From Azolla caroliniana (Eukaryota; Plantae; Polypodiophyta), in the NCBI GenBank assembly GCA_043228905.1, contig JBHGNT010000018.1, forward strand, positions 3,658,001-3,722,000: 64,000 bases of DNA, read 5' to 3'. Numbering within the stretch: the first letter of the stretch is position 1; the number at the start of each line of letters is the position of its first letter. The notes below the pieces were generated by a model. It worked only from the letters and a program-made list of their open reading frames with translations, made no database searches and was not told the DNA's origin. The position numbers and the translations under genes were made by a program. Shown piece by piece: positions 21,601-31,916 of the stretch.

Positions 21601-22632
21601 TACGGACTGAAGCAGGCTCCCCGGCAATGGTACCGGAAGTTCGACTCTTTCATGACCGACGAAGGCTACCACAAAACGCAGTCCGATCACTGCGTGTTTG
21701 TGAAGAAGTTCGAAGGAGGAGACTTTCTAATACTCCTCCTGTACGTGGACGACATGTTGATCGTCGGACGGGACCAGGCCAAGATACGGATGCTGAAGAA
21801 AGCGCTTCACCGAACTTTCTCAATGAAGGACCTGGGTCCGGCGAGGCAAATACTAGGGATGCACATCATCCGGAACCGGAAGAAGAAGCAGTTGTGGCTG
21901 TCACAGGAGAAGTACGTGACAAAGGTGCTTCACCGGTTCAACATGTCGGAAGCAAGACCGGTCGGGTCAACCCTCCCGGCAAACTGCAAGTTGTCCAGCA
22001 AGCAAAGCCCCAAGACAAAGGCTGAGAAGGAGGACATGATGAAAGTACCATATGCCTCTGCCGTCGGAAGCTTGATGTACGCAATGGTGTGTACAAGACC
22101 GGACATAGGATACGCAGTCGGAGTGGTGAGCCGGTACATGAGCAATCCCGGCAAAGAGCACTGGAACGCGGTCAAGTGGATACTCCGATACCTGAAGGGC
22201 ACGGCAAACGTGTGCCTCCGATTCGGCTCCGGTAAGCCCGAACTCGACGGCTTTACCGATTCGGATATGTCGGCTGATGAAGATACCAGCCGGTCCACTT
22301 CAGGGTATGTGATGACGTATGCAGGGGGAGCTGTTTCGTGGCAGTCGAGGCTGCAGAAGACGGTTGCGTTGTCAACCACGGAGGCGAAGTACATGGCGGC
22401 TGTTGAAGCCGGCAAGGAAATAATATGGATGAAGGACTTCATTAGAGAGCTCGGTATCCGGCAGGAGGAGTACCGACTCTACTGCGACAGTCAGAGTGCC
22501 ATCCACCTTGCGAAGAATGCGGCCTATCACTCCCGGACGAAGCACATCCAGCGTAGATACCACTGGATCCGGGAAAGGATAGAAGACAAGGAGTTCATGC
22601 TGACGAAGATCCACACGGACGAGAACGGGTAG
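18646..22632 (+). CDS. Copia D Gag-Pol polyprotein (gag, CCHC, protease, integrase, RT, RNase H); one premature TAG about 29 codons before the natural stop at 22719
   Basis: Single ORF from ATG 18646 with CFHCGKPGHFRKNC, WVVDSGASFH, IRADNGGEY, YVDDML, CDSQSAI, then ENG*DMLTK. Confidence 0.93.
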   Translation: MEGGGSGPPGMMVLNSQNYADWKIKMEDLLIVRDLYEPIDNAEIPKGVIESEWKLLNRKAVATIRQYVDVSVLQHVANDTNAYEMWKKLSGLYERKNALNRTSLMRKIVNLKYRDGENMVEHVSTFMGFVNQLAAIKFPLEDAMQAIILMCTLPESWENLVVTLSTSCTEDNLSLQTVKTSILNEEARRRDKEPVSDPKMLLTKSDRGRQWNRSPQRREKSGTRSQSRGRPTCFHCGKPGHFRKNCRHYRKDNGADDTDSNKSPERNGAYRGATDRRGPDRRGQDRKGMTALAASEEEIMLITEERELNLAGVEMTWVVDSGASFHLTPEKKYFSSYTAGEHGCVRMGNEGTCRIASIGDVWLMTSTGCKMLLKDVRHVPEVRLNLISVGRLDDEGYTGSIRNGVMKFSKGSLIVARARKVNTLYLMNSRLCPEELNVAADTAGELWHKRLCHMSEKGMKRLADDNLIPVKHVHLGKCTDCLAGKQNRTSFHSRPPTRRSAPLELVHTDVCQVEAKSHGGAQYFVTFIDDHSRKLWTAPLKTKDQVLSVFKELHARVERESGKKLKAIRADNGGEYRGQFAEYCRSKGIRLEFTVPKTPELNGLAERMNRTIMERVRSMLAHAKLPKGFWAEAMSTATYVINRSPSVPLDGDTPQKVWTGKEVSYRHLKVFGCLAYVHVAKDRRGKLDPKTRPCIFLGYGDDEFGYRVWDPVDKKIFRSRDIIFMEDKTLADWESEKKMKSSKSTGEDQLYEEQSRPARDRLALEDPAKDGEETEPAEEDETDTGTGPDPEMDSDEEETEEPVTEAPEQRYPLRERRAPRRFPEPEHVLLTDEGEPESFEEAKLDTHSRRWLSAMQEEMDSLHENHTYELVELPKGKRALRNKWVFKLKPGDVGNPPRYKARIVVKGFQQKKGVDFDEIFAPVVKMTYIRTVLSIAASVDLEVEQMDVKTAFLHGDLEEEIYMQQPEGFEKKGKEHLVCRLKKSLYGLKQAPRQWYRKFDSFMTDEGYHKTQSDHCVFVKKFEGGDFLILLLYVDDMLIVGRDQAKIRMLKKALHRTFSMKDLGPARQILGMHIIRNRKKKQLWLSQEKYVTKVLHRFNMSEARPVGSTLPANCKLSSKQSPKTKAEKEDMMKVPYASAVGSLMYAMVCTRPDIGYAVGVVSRYMSNPGKEHWNAVKWILRYLKGTANVCLRFGSGKPELDGFTDSDMSADEDTSRSTSGYVMTYAGGAVSWQSRLQKTVALSTTEAKYMAAVEAGKEIIWMKDFIRELGIRQEEYRLYCDSQSAIHLAKNAAYHSRTKHIQRRYHWIRERIEDKEFMLTKIHTDENG

Positions 22633-25600
22633 GATATGCTGACCAAGGTACTCACACCCGACAAGCTGGAAGCATGCCGGAAAATGGTCGGATTGGAGAG
22701 ACATCCCATGCCGAAGTGAAGGGGGAGTTTGTTGGGATTACGGTCTCTCCGGATGGGATGGTCGGATGTCCGGGAATCGGATGATGAATACCCCGGTTAC
22801 GGAGCCGGATGCTGAAGACCCCGACTACGGAGCCGGATGCTGAAGACTCCGGCTACGGAGCCGGATGTTGAAGACCCCGGTTACGGAGCCGGATGACGAA
22901 TGTACCCGGAGAGAGATCCGGATGCGGGGACATATTTGTGAATATGTTTTGCCAAGAGCCCTTGAGGCTATATTTGTAAATAGCCCGAAAGTCATATGTG
23001 TATAAATATGACTTAGGGCAAACAGTTTAAATGTTGTTGCTCATTTTTTTTATGTTTTCAGTCGAGAGAGCAAAGTGAGAGCAGCCGAGAGAGAGGGAGA
23101 GAAACGAAGAGGTCGACATCTCTGTGTATCACTGCCGCCTGTGGCGAAGACAGTGAGCTCAAGGTCGTTGCCTTGTAGCTTCACCATTGTACACCTCTGT
23201 TTATAGTGATAGTTGGAGTTTGAGGACTCCCGTGGTTTTTCCCATTTAGGGTTTTCCACGTAAAACATCCTGTGTACTCCTCTCTCTATTGTCCTCGTGT
23301 ACTTTGTATTTCCCGTTTTCTGTGAGTTGATCCTATTCCTCGGTTTGTGACCGAGCGCTGTTTTGCAACACAACTTCACCGCTCAGGACCCGCTCACGCA
23401 CGAAGTGGTAGTGCACCTCGATGTGCTTCTTCTGTGGGCTGCTTCTTGCTGCTCCATGCACTGTGGGCTGCTTCTTGCTGCTCCATGCAACGGCCGCGCT
23501 ACCTATGGAGAACATGTATCCGGAAGTGGAGCGGCGATCAGATGCATCGGTCAGCATCTGTGTAACCGGCAAGCTCTTCGGGTATACCTCGCCGGTATAG
23601 CAGTCCCCGGTCCTTAGTGCCGCTGACATACCGTAATATTCTTTGCGCGCACTGAAGGTGCTCCACGGTCGGCTTCTGCATGAACTGACTCACCATGCCG
23701 ACCGGATAGCTGATGTCGGGTCGGGTGATGGTTAAGTAGATCAGGCTTCCGGCAACCTGTCGGAACCGTTTCTCATTGTAGGTCGGTCCGGAGTTGGGAC
23801 AGAGCTTCTGGTTCCAATCCAAGGGTGTGGAGACAAGTTGGCAATCCGACATGCCGAACTTATACAGCATATTCAACACGTAATGTCGTTGTGAGAGCAA
23901 TATGCCGTCGGGGGTTCGGATCACTTCAATCCCAAGAAAATAATGGAGGTCCCCCAGGTCCTTCATTTCGAATGCGTCCGACAACTGGGACTTGACGCGG
24001 TTGATTTCCGGAAGACCCGGTCCGGTGATGACTAAATCATCCACATACAAGAGTATACATACCGGACCGTCAGAGCCTTGCCGGATGAACAACGAAGAGT
24101 CCGACTTAGAGACAACAAACCCCAGCTTACGCAACCGGTGCGTGATCTTCGCGTTCCAAGCTCGGGGGGCTTGCATCAAACCGTAAAGCGACTTCTTCAG
24201 TCGGCATACCACCGATTTGTTCATCTCCAATTGAAATCCGGGGGGCTGAGTCATAAAGACTTCTTCTTCAAGCTCTCCTTGAAGGAAGGCGTTCTTCACA
24301 TCCATCTGGTGAAGATGCCACCCCCTTGCCGCAGCAACTGCCAATACCACACGAACCGTCGTCATCTTCGCCACAGGAGCGAAGGTCTCGTCGTAGTCGA
24401 TTCTGTGGGTTTGCGCGTATCCCTTCGCCACTAACCGGGCTTTGTACCGGTTAACAGAACCGTCGGCGTTGTACTTGACCTTGTACACCCACTTGCATCC
24501 GATCGGTTTACAGTGACGGGGAGGATCAACTAGGTCCCAAGGCCCGCATTTCTTCGTCCATAGCGGCACGCCAATTTGCATCCTTTGCTGCTTCTGCGTA
24601 GCTCTCCGGCTCGCGCACTTCTGTCACCTTAGTCATGTACGCATAATGATGCGCCATGTATTCATTGTACCCGTACCGCACGACGGGATCCTTTTGACGG
24701 GTTGATCGGCGCAACACACCGTCACCTGATTTGAGGCCCTTCTTGGCCAGTTCGGTCTTCGTTGCCGAAGATCTGCCTTTCTCCTTTCCGGAGTCAAATA
24801 CACACCGATCCGACTCATCGTTGCCGGTTTCGAATTCCGACATCTTCCTCTTCCCCTTCTCTTTGCGCGTGAACCGTTTCCTTGGTTCCTTGCGCGGGGA
24901 GAGCACGGCAGAGTCTCCACCACTTGCCGTCTCTTCATCTAACTGGTCCAACCGACTCAGTCGCTCGTTCGGTCCACTCAACCGCAACGATTCCGGACTC
25001 TCATCTTGAGTCCCGGCTTCATCATCCTCTTCCAAGGCTGATTCAGGCTCACTGGCCTGACCTTCCAGCATTCGGCCGGGATCGGAAGTCGAAGTCGGTA
25101 CGGAGTACCAAGATGCCGATTCATCGAACTCGACATCCCGGCTAACTCGGGCTTCCTTCGTCTGGGGGTTATAGCACTTATACCCCTTTTGCTCTTGAGC
25201 ATAGCCGACTAGGATGCATTTTTCCGATTTTGCATCCAGCTTCCTCCGCTTCTAATCCGGCACATGCACATACGCTAGGCTGCTGAATATCCGAAGGTGT
25301 CTTAAGTTCGGCTTGCGCCCGAAATACAGCTCATGAGCTAACACCTTGTCACCAATGCGGTTTCGTATGTAGACGGCCGTCTAGACCGCCTCCGCCCAGT
25401 AGAACCGGGGCATGCTCTTCTCCTCCAGCATTGTCCTTGCCGCTTCGACGAGTGTCCGGTTCTTCCTTTCGGCCACACCGTTTTGCTCCGGTGTGTATCT
25501 GCAGCTGAACTCTCACCGAATTCCCTTCTGCTGCAGATAACTAGTGAATTGGCTGGAAAAATATTCCTTTCCGCCATCCGACCGAAGGCATTTGATCTTC

Positions 25601-28600
25601 CTCTCCGATTCCCGTTCCACCATCTTCTGGAGGCTCCGGAAACAGTCGAAGACTTCGCTCTTCCGCTCAATGAGGTAGATCCAAGTATGTCGAGTATAGT
25701 CGTCGATGAAGGAGATGAAGTACCGGCTCCCGCCAAGGCTTACACTTTGTGCCGGTCCCCACACATCCGAATGGATGAGATCGAGCTTGTTACGGCTCCG
25801 GTTCCGTTCGGTGGGGAATGGAAGCCGATGTTGCTTCCTAAGTTGGCAGGCTTCACAAATTTCAGCTCTCCGGCCGCTGAACTTTGGCAAACCGAAAACG
25901 ACTTGTTTCGTTTGCAAGTCTTGAAGCCTCCGGTAGTTGACATGGCCTATCCGCTTGTGTCATAGGTCGATGTCCGACTCGACCTTTTGTCGTTTCGCGA
26001 ACAGAGCGGTGCCAATGTCATTGGTGTTGAGGATAAACATCCTCCCGTCTCTGTGCCCTTGCGCAATGACTTCGCCCTCATCTTCAATGAAGCACCCGAG
26101 GTGCGTAAACCGCACCTGCATCCCTTGGTCGACAATCTGACCGACGGACACCAGGTTCTTTGTGATCGTCGGAACGTGTAATACATTCATCAGCTTCCCT
26201 TTCTGTCCGACGTGGCTTAGAGGGACTTCTCCGACGTGCACGATTGGGTGTGGTGTGTCGTCTCTGGTTTCGACTACTCCTGGTTGATCCGGTTTCTCCA
26301 GAAAGGAGAACCACTCTTTGTGGCTCGTCATATGGTTCGACGCGCCGGAATCAACATACCACACTTCCTCCGTTTTGGAAGTGGTCTTCTTCATTGAGTT
26401 TGCCTTGTGATTCCTCACCAAGGCTGGCCCCTTACCGGCCTTTCCGGTTCCGGATCCACTTGATCCGTTTGCGTAGTGCGAGTTTTGCCGGCCATCCTTA
26501 CCGGTCTTGCCGGATCCGGATTTGTCCGAATCGGCACGCTTTCTCCAACACTCGCTTTCCCTGTGGCCTTTTTTGCCACAGTACCAGCATTCCGTAGCGG
26601 ATTTGTCTTGCCGGCCTCCGGCACCGCCTTGACTCCCCCTGCTTGTGGAAGTCCTGGAACTGCTGTCGGCACACTCATAGTGCCTCCGTTCCTGCTCTTG
26701 CCGGCCGCCTCCATTGCGTGCCGACCCACCTCTTCCACCACGCCCACAGTGCCGATCTGTTCCCGTGTACAGCATCCGGTTGTCCGGGGATGCACTGGTA
26801 GATGCACCGGCGTGGTTCTCCTCTACAAGGAGCATCGACTGTAAGTCGAAGAATGAGGGGGTATTCTCCCTTGTACACACCGCAGTCTGGAACACTCCGA
26901 ACTTGGACGCCAGGCCTCCGAGACATACCTGCACCATCTCGTCTTCCTCTACGATAACATTGATAGAGGCGAGCAAGTCGCAGATCTCCTTTATCCGGCC
27001 CGTGTAGTTTGCCACGGACATGTTCTTCTGTCGAACATTGCTCAACTCTTGTTTGAGTTGCAGCTTCCGGGCAGTGGTGCTTGCGGCGAAAACCTTTTTC
27101 AGGTTCCCCCAAGCATCCTTTGGTGTCTTGGCGTCACGGATGTGGCTGAGCAGCTGATCGCCGACACTGGACGCGAAGCAGTACATCACCCTGCTTGCCG
27201 CCTGTTCCCATACCGGGAAGTCCTTGTGTGCCGAGTCGGGTGCCGCATCATTCGCTCCTTCGACATAACTCCAGTACCCGTGTCCAAGCAGGTACTGGTG
27301 CATCTTGTAAGACCAGGATGTGTAGTTGCTCCTGTCGAGCTTCTCCACCGGGAGCGACGTAGCCATGCCTCTATCCATGTCTTCTACTGTGTCTGTTTTC
27401 GACTTGTTAGGGTTTTCTTCTCAAGAGTTAAATGTCTGCAGTAGAGGTTCTCAACCCTCGCGCTCTGATACCATGTAAACGTGAGTGTTTGCGGAAGCGT
27501 AAAACAGAGAACAACACACACACACAGAGACAGAGACAGAGAGAGCAGAACGTAATTTCAAAATTATATCAAGACTCTATATACACACTGTGCTAAGTAA
27601 CAATATTTATACAAGTCCTCTTGGGACTGACAGAAGTACCATGTACTTCAATGCTCACACGAGCATCTGACACTTACTACGAGACTATAGATACCTAGTA
27701 GTCTATCCTATTCTAGGCTTCCGATTGGACTGCCGGTTACGGATTGCACCCGGCCTCCACTGCTTGCCGGTTCGGTTGCTCACCGTCATACCGATCCGTT
27801 TCGCCCGATCCGTCTCCCTTACCGGCTCCGGCTTATTCAGCCGATTCGGCTCCGGTTGAGCTTGCCGCTCAACAAACATGAAGGATTTGGGGGACCTTCA
27901 TTACTTCCTCGGGATCGAAGTGATCCGTACCCCCGAAGGCATATTGATCAGCCAATGTCATTACGTGTTGGGTATGCTCTTCAAACTCGGGATGGCCGAC
28001 TGTAAGTCCGTCTCGACTCCTCTGGACAGAACCATCAAGCTTCGTCCTGATACAGGAGAGGTATGCGACCCGACGAGGTTCCGACAAATTGTCGGAAGCC
28101 TCATATACTTGACCATCACCCGACCCGACCTCAATTATCCGGTCGGGGTGATCAGTCAGTTCATGGCGCGACCTACCGAGGAGCACCTTCAGTGTGCGCA
28201 ACGCGTACTGCGGTACGTAAGTGGCACTAAGGACCGAGGACTACTATATCATACCGGTGCAGCCGCACAGTTAGTCGGCTACACCGATGCTTATTGGGCT
28301 GGCAACGCCGCCGATCACCCATCCACGTCCGGATACGCGTTCTCCCTCGGGAGTGCCGCGATCGCGTGGAGCAGTAAGAAGCAGTCAACAGTTGCACTGT
28401 CGAGCACCGAAGCTGAGTACCGAGGAGCGGCTATCGCGGCATGCGAAGCCATATGGTTGAAGCGGCTACTTAAGGACCTGCAAGCGGAGGTGTTAGATCC
28501 GACGACGATCTACTGCGACAACCTCAGCAGCATCCAACTCGCGAAGAACCCCGTTTTCCACGCACGGACCAAGCACATTGAGGTGCACTACCATTTTGTC

Positions 28601-30223
28601 CGTGAGCGTGTCCTTTCCAGTGAAGTCGAACTTCAGTACGTGCCGACGGATCGGCAGACTGCCGACATCTTCACAAAGCCTCTTGGTCTGGACAAGTTGC
28701 GGCAATTCTCAGGTGCGCTCGGGTTGCGTCACCTCGATGTGCCAAACTTGAGGGGGAGAGTCCCGAACGACCAAGCAAGGCAGCAGGAAAGGAGCGGAGA
28801 CCTCGACACCGAGTCGGTTGTCCGCAACACCGAGTTGGTTGACGAGTTCGACTTCGGATCGGCTGAAGAAGCCGAGGGCGGACCCGCGGAAAAGTCCGGA
28901 AGCGGACAGAAGGGGAGCAGCCGAAGGAGAGAGCCGAAGCCAACCACGCATGGGGGAGATGACGCCATCGAGGGCGAGAAGACTGAAGACAAGTTGGAGA
29001 CAGCCAACTCGGACGAGAGCGAAAACCAATCGGAGGTAGCCGAGTCGGTTCGGATGTTTGATTCAGACAGTTGAATCAACCGAGGCCCAAGCGGAAGAAA
29101 AGGCAGCAGAAGAAGTGTCGACACCGCAACAACAGAAGAGTTGATAAGGGCCACATAAGCAGACAAGCCGACTAGAAGGGTCGAAACGCGCGGAGTCGAA
29201 CAGGTCGAGGAGCGCGAGCGAGGCGTGAAGCCAGGAGGAACCGGAGCTGTGAAGATCCCGAAGAGCCTCAAGTTGAGCTTGAGGGGGAGTGTTGAGAGAC
29301 AAGCTCAACATCGGCCGGATCAGTTGAAGAAGCCGAGGACCAGATCGGTAGGAAAGATATTCCGTGAGGAATATATTTGGGAGTTAGTGTAAGAGCTCTT
29401 AATGAGCATTGAAGTACTGTCAGTACTTCGGTCAGTCCTCCTAGGACTTGTACAAAGTGTTCATTGAACACATATATGTTTGTTGTTGTTTTTTTCTATA
29501 TAGAAATATACACACATTCTCTTTTGGTGTCTTCTCTCTCACTCTCTCGGTCTCCCCCGCGTATACTGTGTAAGCTCAAGCTCTCCATTAAACCTGAGTG
29601 TTCTTCCTTCTGTTCTGTCTTTATACTTGCTTCCGCACGCTACTTTCTACAAAACATTATGTCGATCTTCTCCCAGAGCTCATGAGCCTTGCTCTCTTCA
29701 TTGAAGTTGTTGTATAGGCTCATGTCGATGAAGCACCGTATGTACACCGTTGTCTTCATGTGCATCACCTCCCATATCGCGGCGTCGATTTTGTCCGGTC
29801 TCTTGTCCCCGAACTGAACCGGCAACCAGAGGTCATTAACCACGAGCATGTCCCTCATCTTCGACTTCCACACTGAATAGTTGGAGCCGGTGAGCTTGAA
29901 CATGCCGCCAAACGAGTCGTCCATTTTCTGTGTCGTTTTGCTTTGATACCACTTGACGGGAACTAAAACACTCCTTATACGCAACGCTCGGCCACAACCA
30001 AGCTTAGATTCATGCACAGAAAACGAAAAATAATGCACGACACAATGGAGAGAAGAGCACACAGGATGTTTACGTGGAAAACCCAAAACTAAGGGAAAAA
30101 CCACGGCAGCCCACAGGCTGCAAACTATCACTATGTTAGAATGTACAATAGTGAGTTCACGGAGGCAACGACCTCGTGCTCACGATCCTCACCACAGGCG
30201 GCGGTTACAACAGAGGCAACGAC

Positions 30224-30270
<47 letters not shown>

Positions 30271-30876
30271 CACAGTTATGCACTCTCACTTCTTGCACCA
30301 ACAAGAATAATAACAACAACATAAAAGTTTTCCCTAAGTCATATTTATACTAATATGACTTTTCGGCTATTTACAAATATAGCCACGATGGACTCTCAGA
30401 AACATATTTACAAATATGTCTCTTCATCCGGAGAGTGCTCCTCACCGGGCCTGCATCATCCAGATCTTGCCGGGCACTTGTCATCCGGTTCTCGCCGGGT
30501 CTACACCATCCGGCTCTCCGTAGCCGGGTACTCCTCATCCGGTTTCGGCCGAGTTTGTTCATCGGCACTGTTCTTCTTCCTTCCCATCCGGAGGGACCTG
30601 TCTCCCAACATCTTCATCTCTTTCTTTACTTATCCGATTAGGGTTTACATTCTACTTATGTTTTGAGTCCGGCCCACGCGGTCGCGGTTGTAATCGCATT
30701 GCGGCTTTCATGCCCATAATATACATAACTTCATAAATCTGGTTTCTTTCTACTTTCTCTACTGTGTTAATCTCTTCCACTTTGCTCATACCCATCTTCC
30801 CATCTACTCCCTAGTCCAAGACCCCTTGTGGCTCCACCTTATTCTACACACACATGCCGAAATACGCAACACCGGA

Positions 30877-30895
30877 TGGTGAACCCGACGTGAAT
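30877..30895 (+). promoter_or_regulatory. Primer-binding site complementary to the 3' end of cytosolic tRNA-Trp
   Basis: TGGTGAACCCGACGTGAAT is the reverse complement of ...ATTCACGTCGGGTTCACCA, the plant tRNA-Trp 3' end as I recall it. It lies 5 nt after the LTR end. Confidence 0.85.
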
Positions 30896-30916
30896 AGGCG
30901 GCAAGGGAGAAAGAGG

Positions 30917-31410
30917 ATGGAAGAGGAAGACATCACGGAAGTAATGGCGAAGATGGTGAGGGATTTTGCAAGGCAAAGAGAAAGACGAGATGAGGCATAC
31001 GAGTATGATCGACGCGAGTTCGGTCTATGGGTAGCATCGGTGAAGACTCCTCGGAGCGCAATGAAAGTATTCCGAGAGTTCGAGCATCGTTTTGCTCAAC
31101 TCTCAGACCGGGATCGAAGATCGGTGGGGGCGGACAAGGTCCTATTATTTTTAAAGTCAGTCGATGAAAAGGGGAGAATGACCATTTTATCCGAACTCGA
31201 AGACGATGAAGGGGCGTACGGCCTCACCGAGGATTGGAACGAGGTAGAGAGGGTATGTCGACGACACGAGGAGATGCGGTCGTCCGCAACACAACCCACA
31301 AGCGACGACGAAAGGAGGATGGTGAGTGACTTCGCGTCACCGCCAACGGAGGAAAGCTCACCGTGGAATGGTTCAGTGGTGCTCGACATCGAAGCCTTGG
31401 TACGAGAAGC
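30917..31410 (+). pseudogene. Truncated Gypsy gag, fused at its 3' end to the tail of a Copia pol
   Basis: FREFEHRFAQLSDRDRRSVGADKVLLFLKSVD..EDDEGAYGLTEDW follows the PBS. After ~31410 another frame reads MPDTSHLSLRGRVE, a typical Copia pol end. Confidence 0.65.
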
Positions 31411-31447
31411 GGATGCCGGACACCTCACACTTGAGCTTGAGGGGGCG

Positions 31448-31759
31448 TGTTGAGAGATCAAGCTCAACTTAGTTTAGTTAGTTAGTCAACCATATAACTT
31501 CGTAGTTACCTAGATAGAATCTAGTTAGAAGTGTTGACTATAACGCCTTAAATAGGACCTTGTACTTAAGTGGGATATTCTAGATCCTCCACTCCTAAGT
31601 ACATTTAATATAGGACTTACACCTTAGTACCTATATTCCACTCACACATGTGCACCCTTGCACATGAGATGTATATATACCTCATTGTGGGTATTTTTGT
31701 ATTTGATGACGATAATGCTAATTTAATATAGTTACTCATCCCCCATCTTGTGTTCTTCA

Positions 31760-31813
<54 letters not shown>

Positions 31814-31916
31814 TCACACACCTACACACACATATCACTTAATCTTCCGTTTATCAACTAATCACATAATTAGGTACTAATTAACCATTGCTTAATTACT
31901 TACCTAATTCTTAACA
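31448..31916 (+). mobile_element. 3' LTR of Copia family E
   Basis: Preceded by PPT TTGAGGGGGCG. TGTTGAGAG...TTAACA, near-identical to 34383-34853. Abuts the truncated 5' LTR of Copia F. Confidence 0.9.

Larger units (their letters stand above)
17974..23370 (+). mobile_element. Ty1/copia element D (Tnt1/Tork-like), full length and youngest in the nest
   Basis: 641-bp LTRs 17974-18614 and 22730-23370 differ at about 6 positions by eye. TSD CAACT, PBS TGGTATCAGAGC 18618-18629, PPT GAAGGGGGAG before 22730. Confidence 0.97.
17106..27378 (-). pseudogene. Copia B' gag-pol (27378-23371 joined to 17973-17106), disrupted, with a C-terminal extension
   Basis: ORFs 25960-27378, 25513-25917, 24526-25071 and 23538-24581 carry gag, protease, integrase and RT. 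RNase H reads GEV|DLQYVHTDRQVADIFTKPLG across the Copia D insertion. Confidence 0.9.
16741..27874 (-). mobile_element. Ty1/copia element B' (relative of B), full length, interrupted in RNase H by Copia D
   Basis: 3' LTR 16741-17111, 5' LTR 27474-27874, TSD GACAT/AACAT (1 mismatch), Met PBS 27473-27462, PPT at 17122-17112. Confidence 0.95.
13320..29074 (+). pseudogene. Copia B gag-pol (13320-16740 joined to 27875-29074) with multiple premature stops
   Basis: KLDRTNYASW, CWYCGKKGHRESEC, WYVDSGTSNHM, DLIHSDVWGP, YVDDLV, SF(D)|MKDLGDL across the insertion, ADIFTKPL. Confidence 0.9.
12872..29651 (+). mobile_element. Ty1/copia element B, full length, interrupted in RT by Copia B'
   Basis: 5' LTR 12872-13256, 3' LTR 29290-29651, TSD AAACA, PBS TGGTATCAGAGC 13257-13268, PPT TTGAGGGGGAG 29279-29289. 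Confidence 0.95.
8445..30610 (-). mobile_element. Ty1/copia element C (Tnt1/Tork-like), full length, interrupted in gag by Copia B
   Basis: 3' LTR 8445-9083, 5' LTR 29954-30610, TSD TCTTC (8440-8444/30611-30615), Met PBS TGGTATCAAAGC 29951-29940, PPT GAAGGGGGAG next to 9084. Confidence 0.95.
6557..31410 (+). mobile_element. Second TGTCGT-lineage Gypsy: fragmented 5' LTR (6557-6614, ~8236-8444, 30616-30871), tRNA-Trp PBS and truncated gag
   Basis: LTR-type start TGTCGTGAGG at 6557, TATA CTATAAAAGG at ~8342. The LTR is split by Copia C with TSD TCTTC. U5 motif CTAGTCCAAGACCCC at 30811; end ...TACGCAACA at 30871. The link between the 6557 start and the 8236 segment is inferred. Confidence 0.65.

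Noticed and set aside
22630-22632. Programmed stop-codon readthrough in Copia D
   Set aside because: The sister element C has a Ser codon here, and no CARYYA readthrough context is present.
9199-29311. Many overlapping and antisense ORFs of 60-260 aa within the Copia elements
   Set aside because: They are shadows of GC-rich gag-pol codon usage with no independent motifs.
6553-30875. Reading 6557-30871 as a solo LTR with a CCGG TSD
   Set aside because: CCGG does follow the LTR end, but a 19-nt tRNA-Trp PBS and gag come next rather than the rest of the Tcn1 RT, so a 5' LTR fits better.
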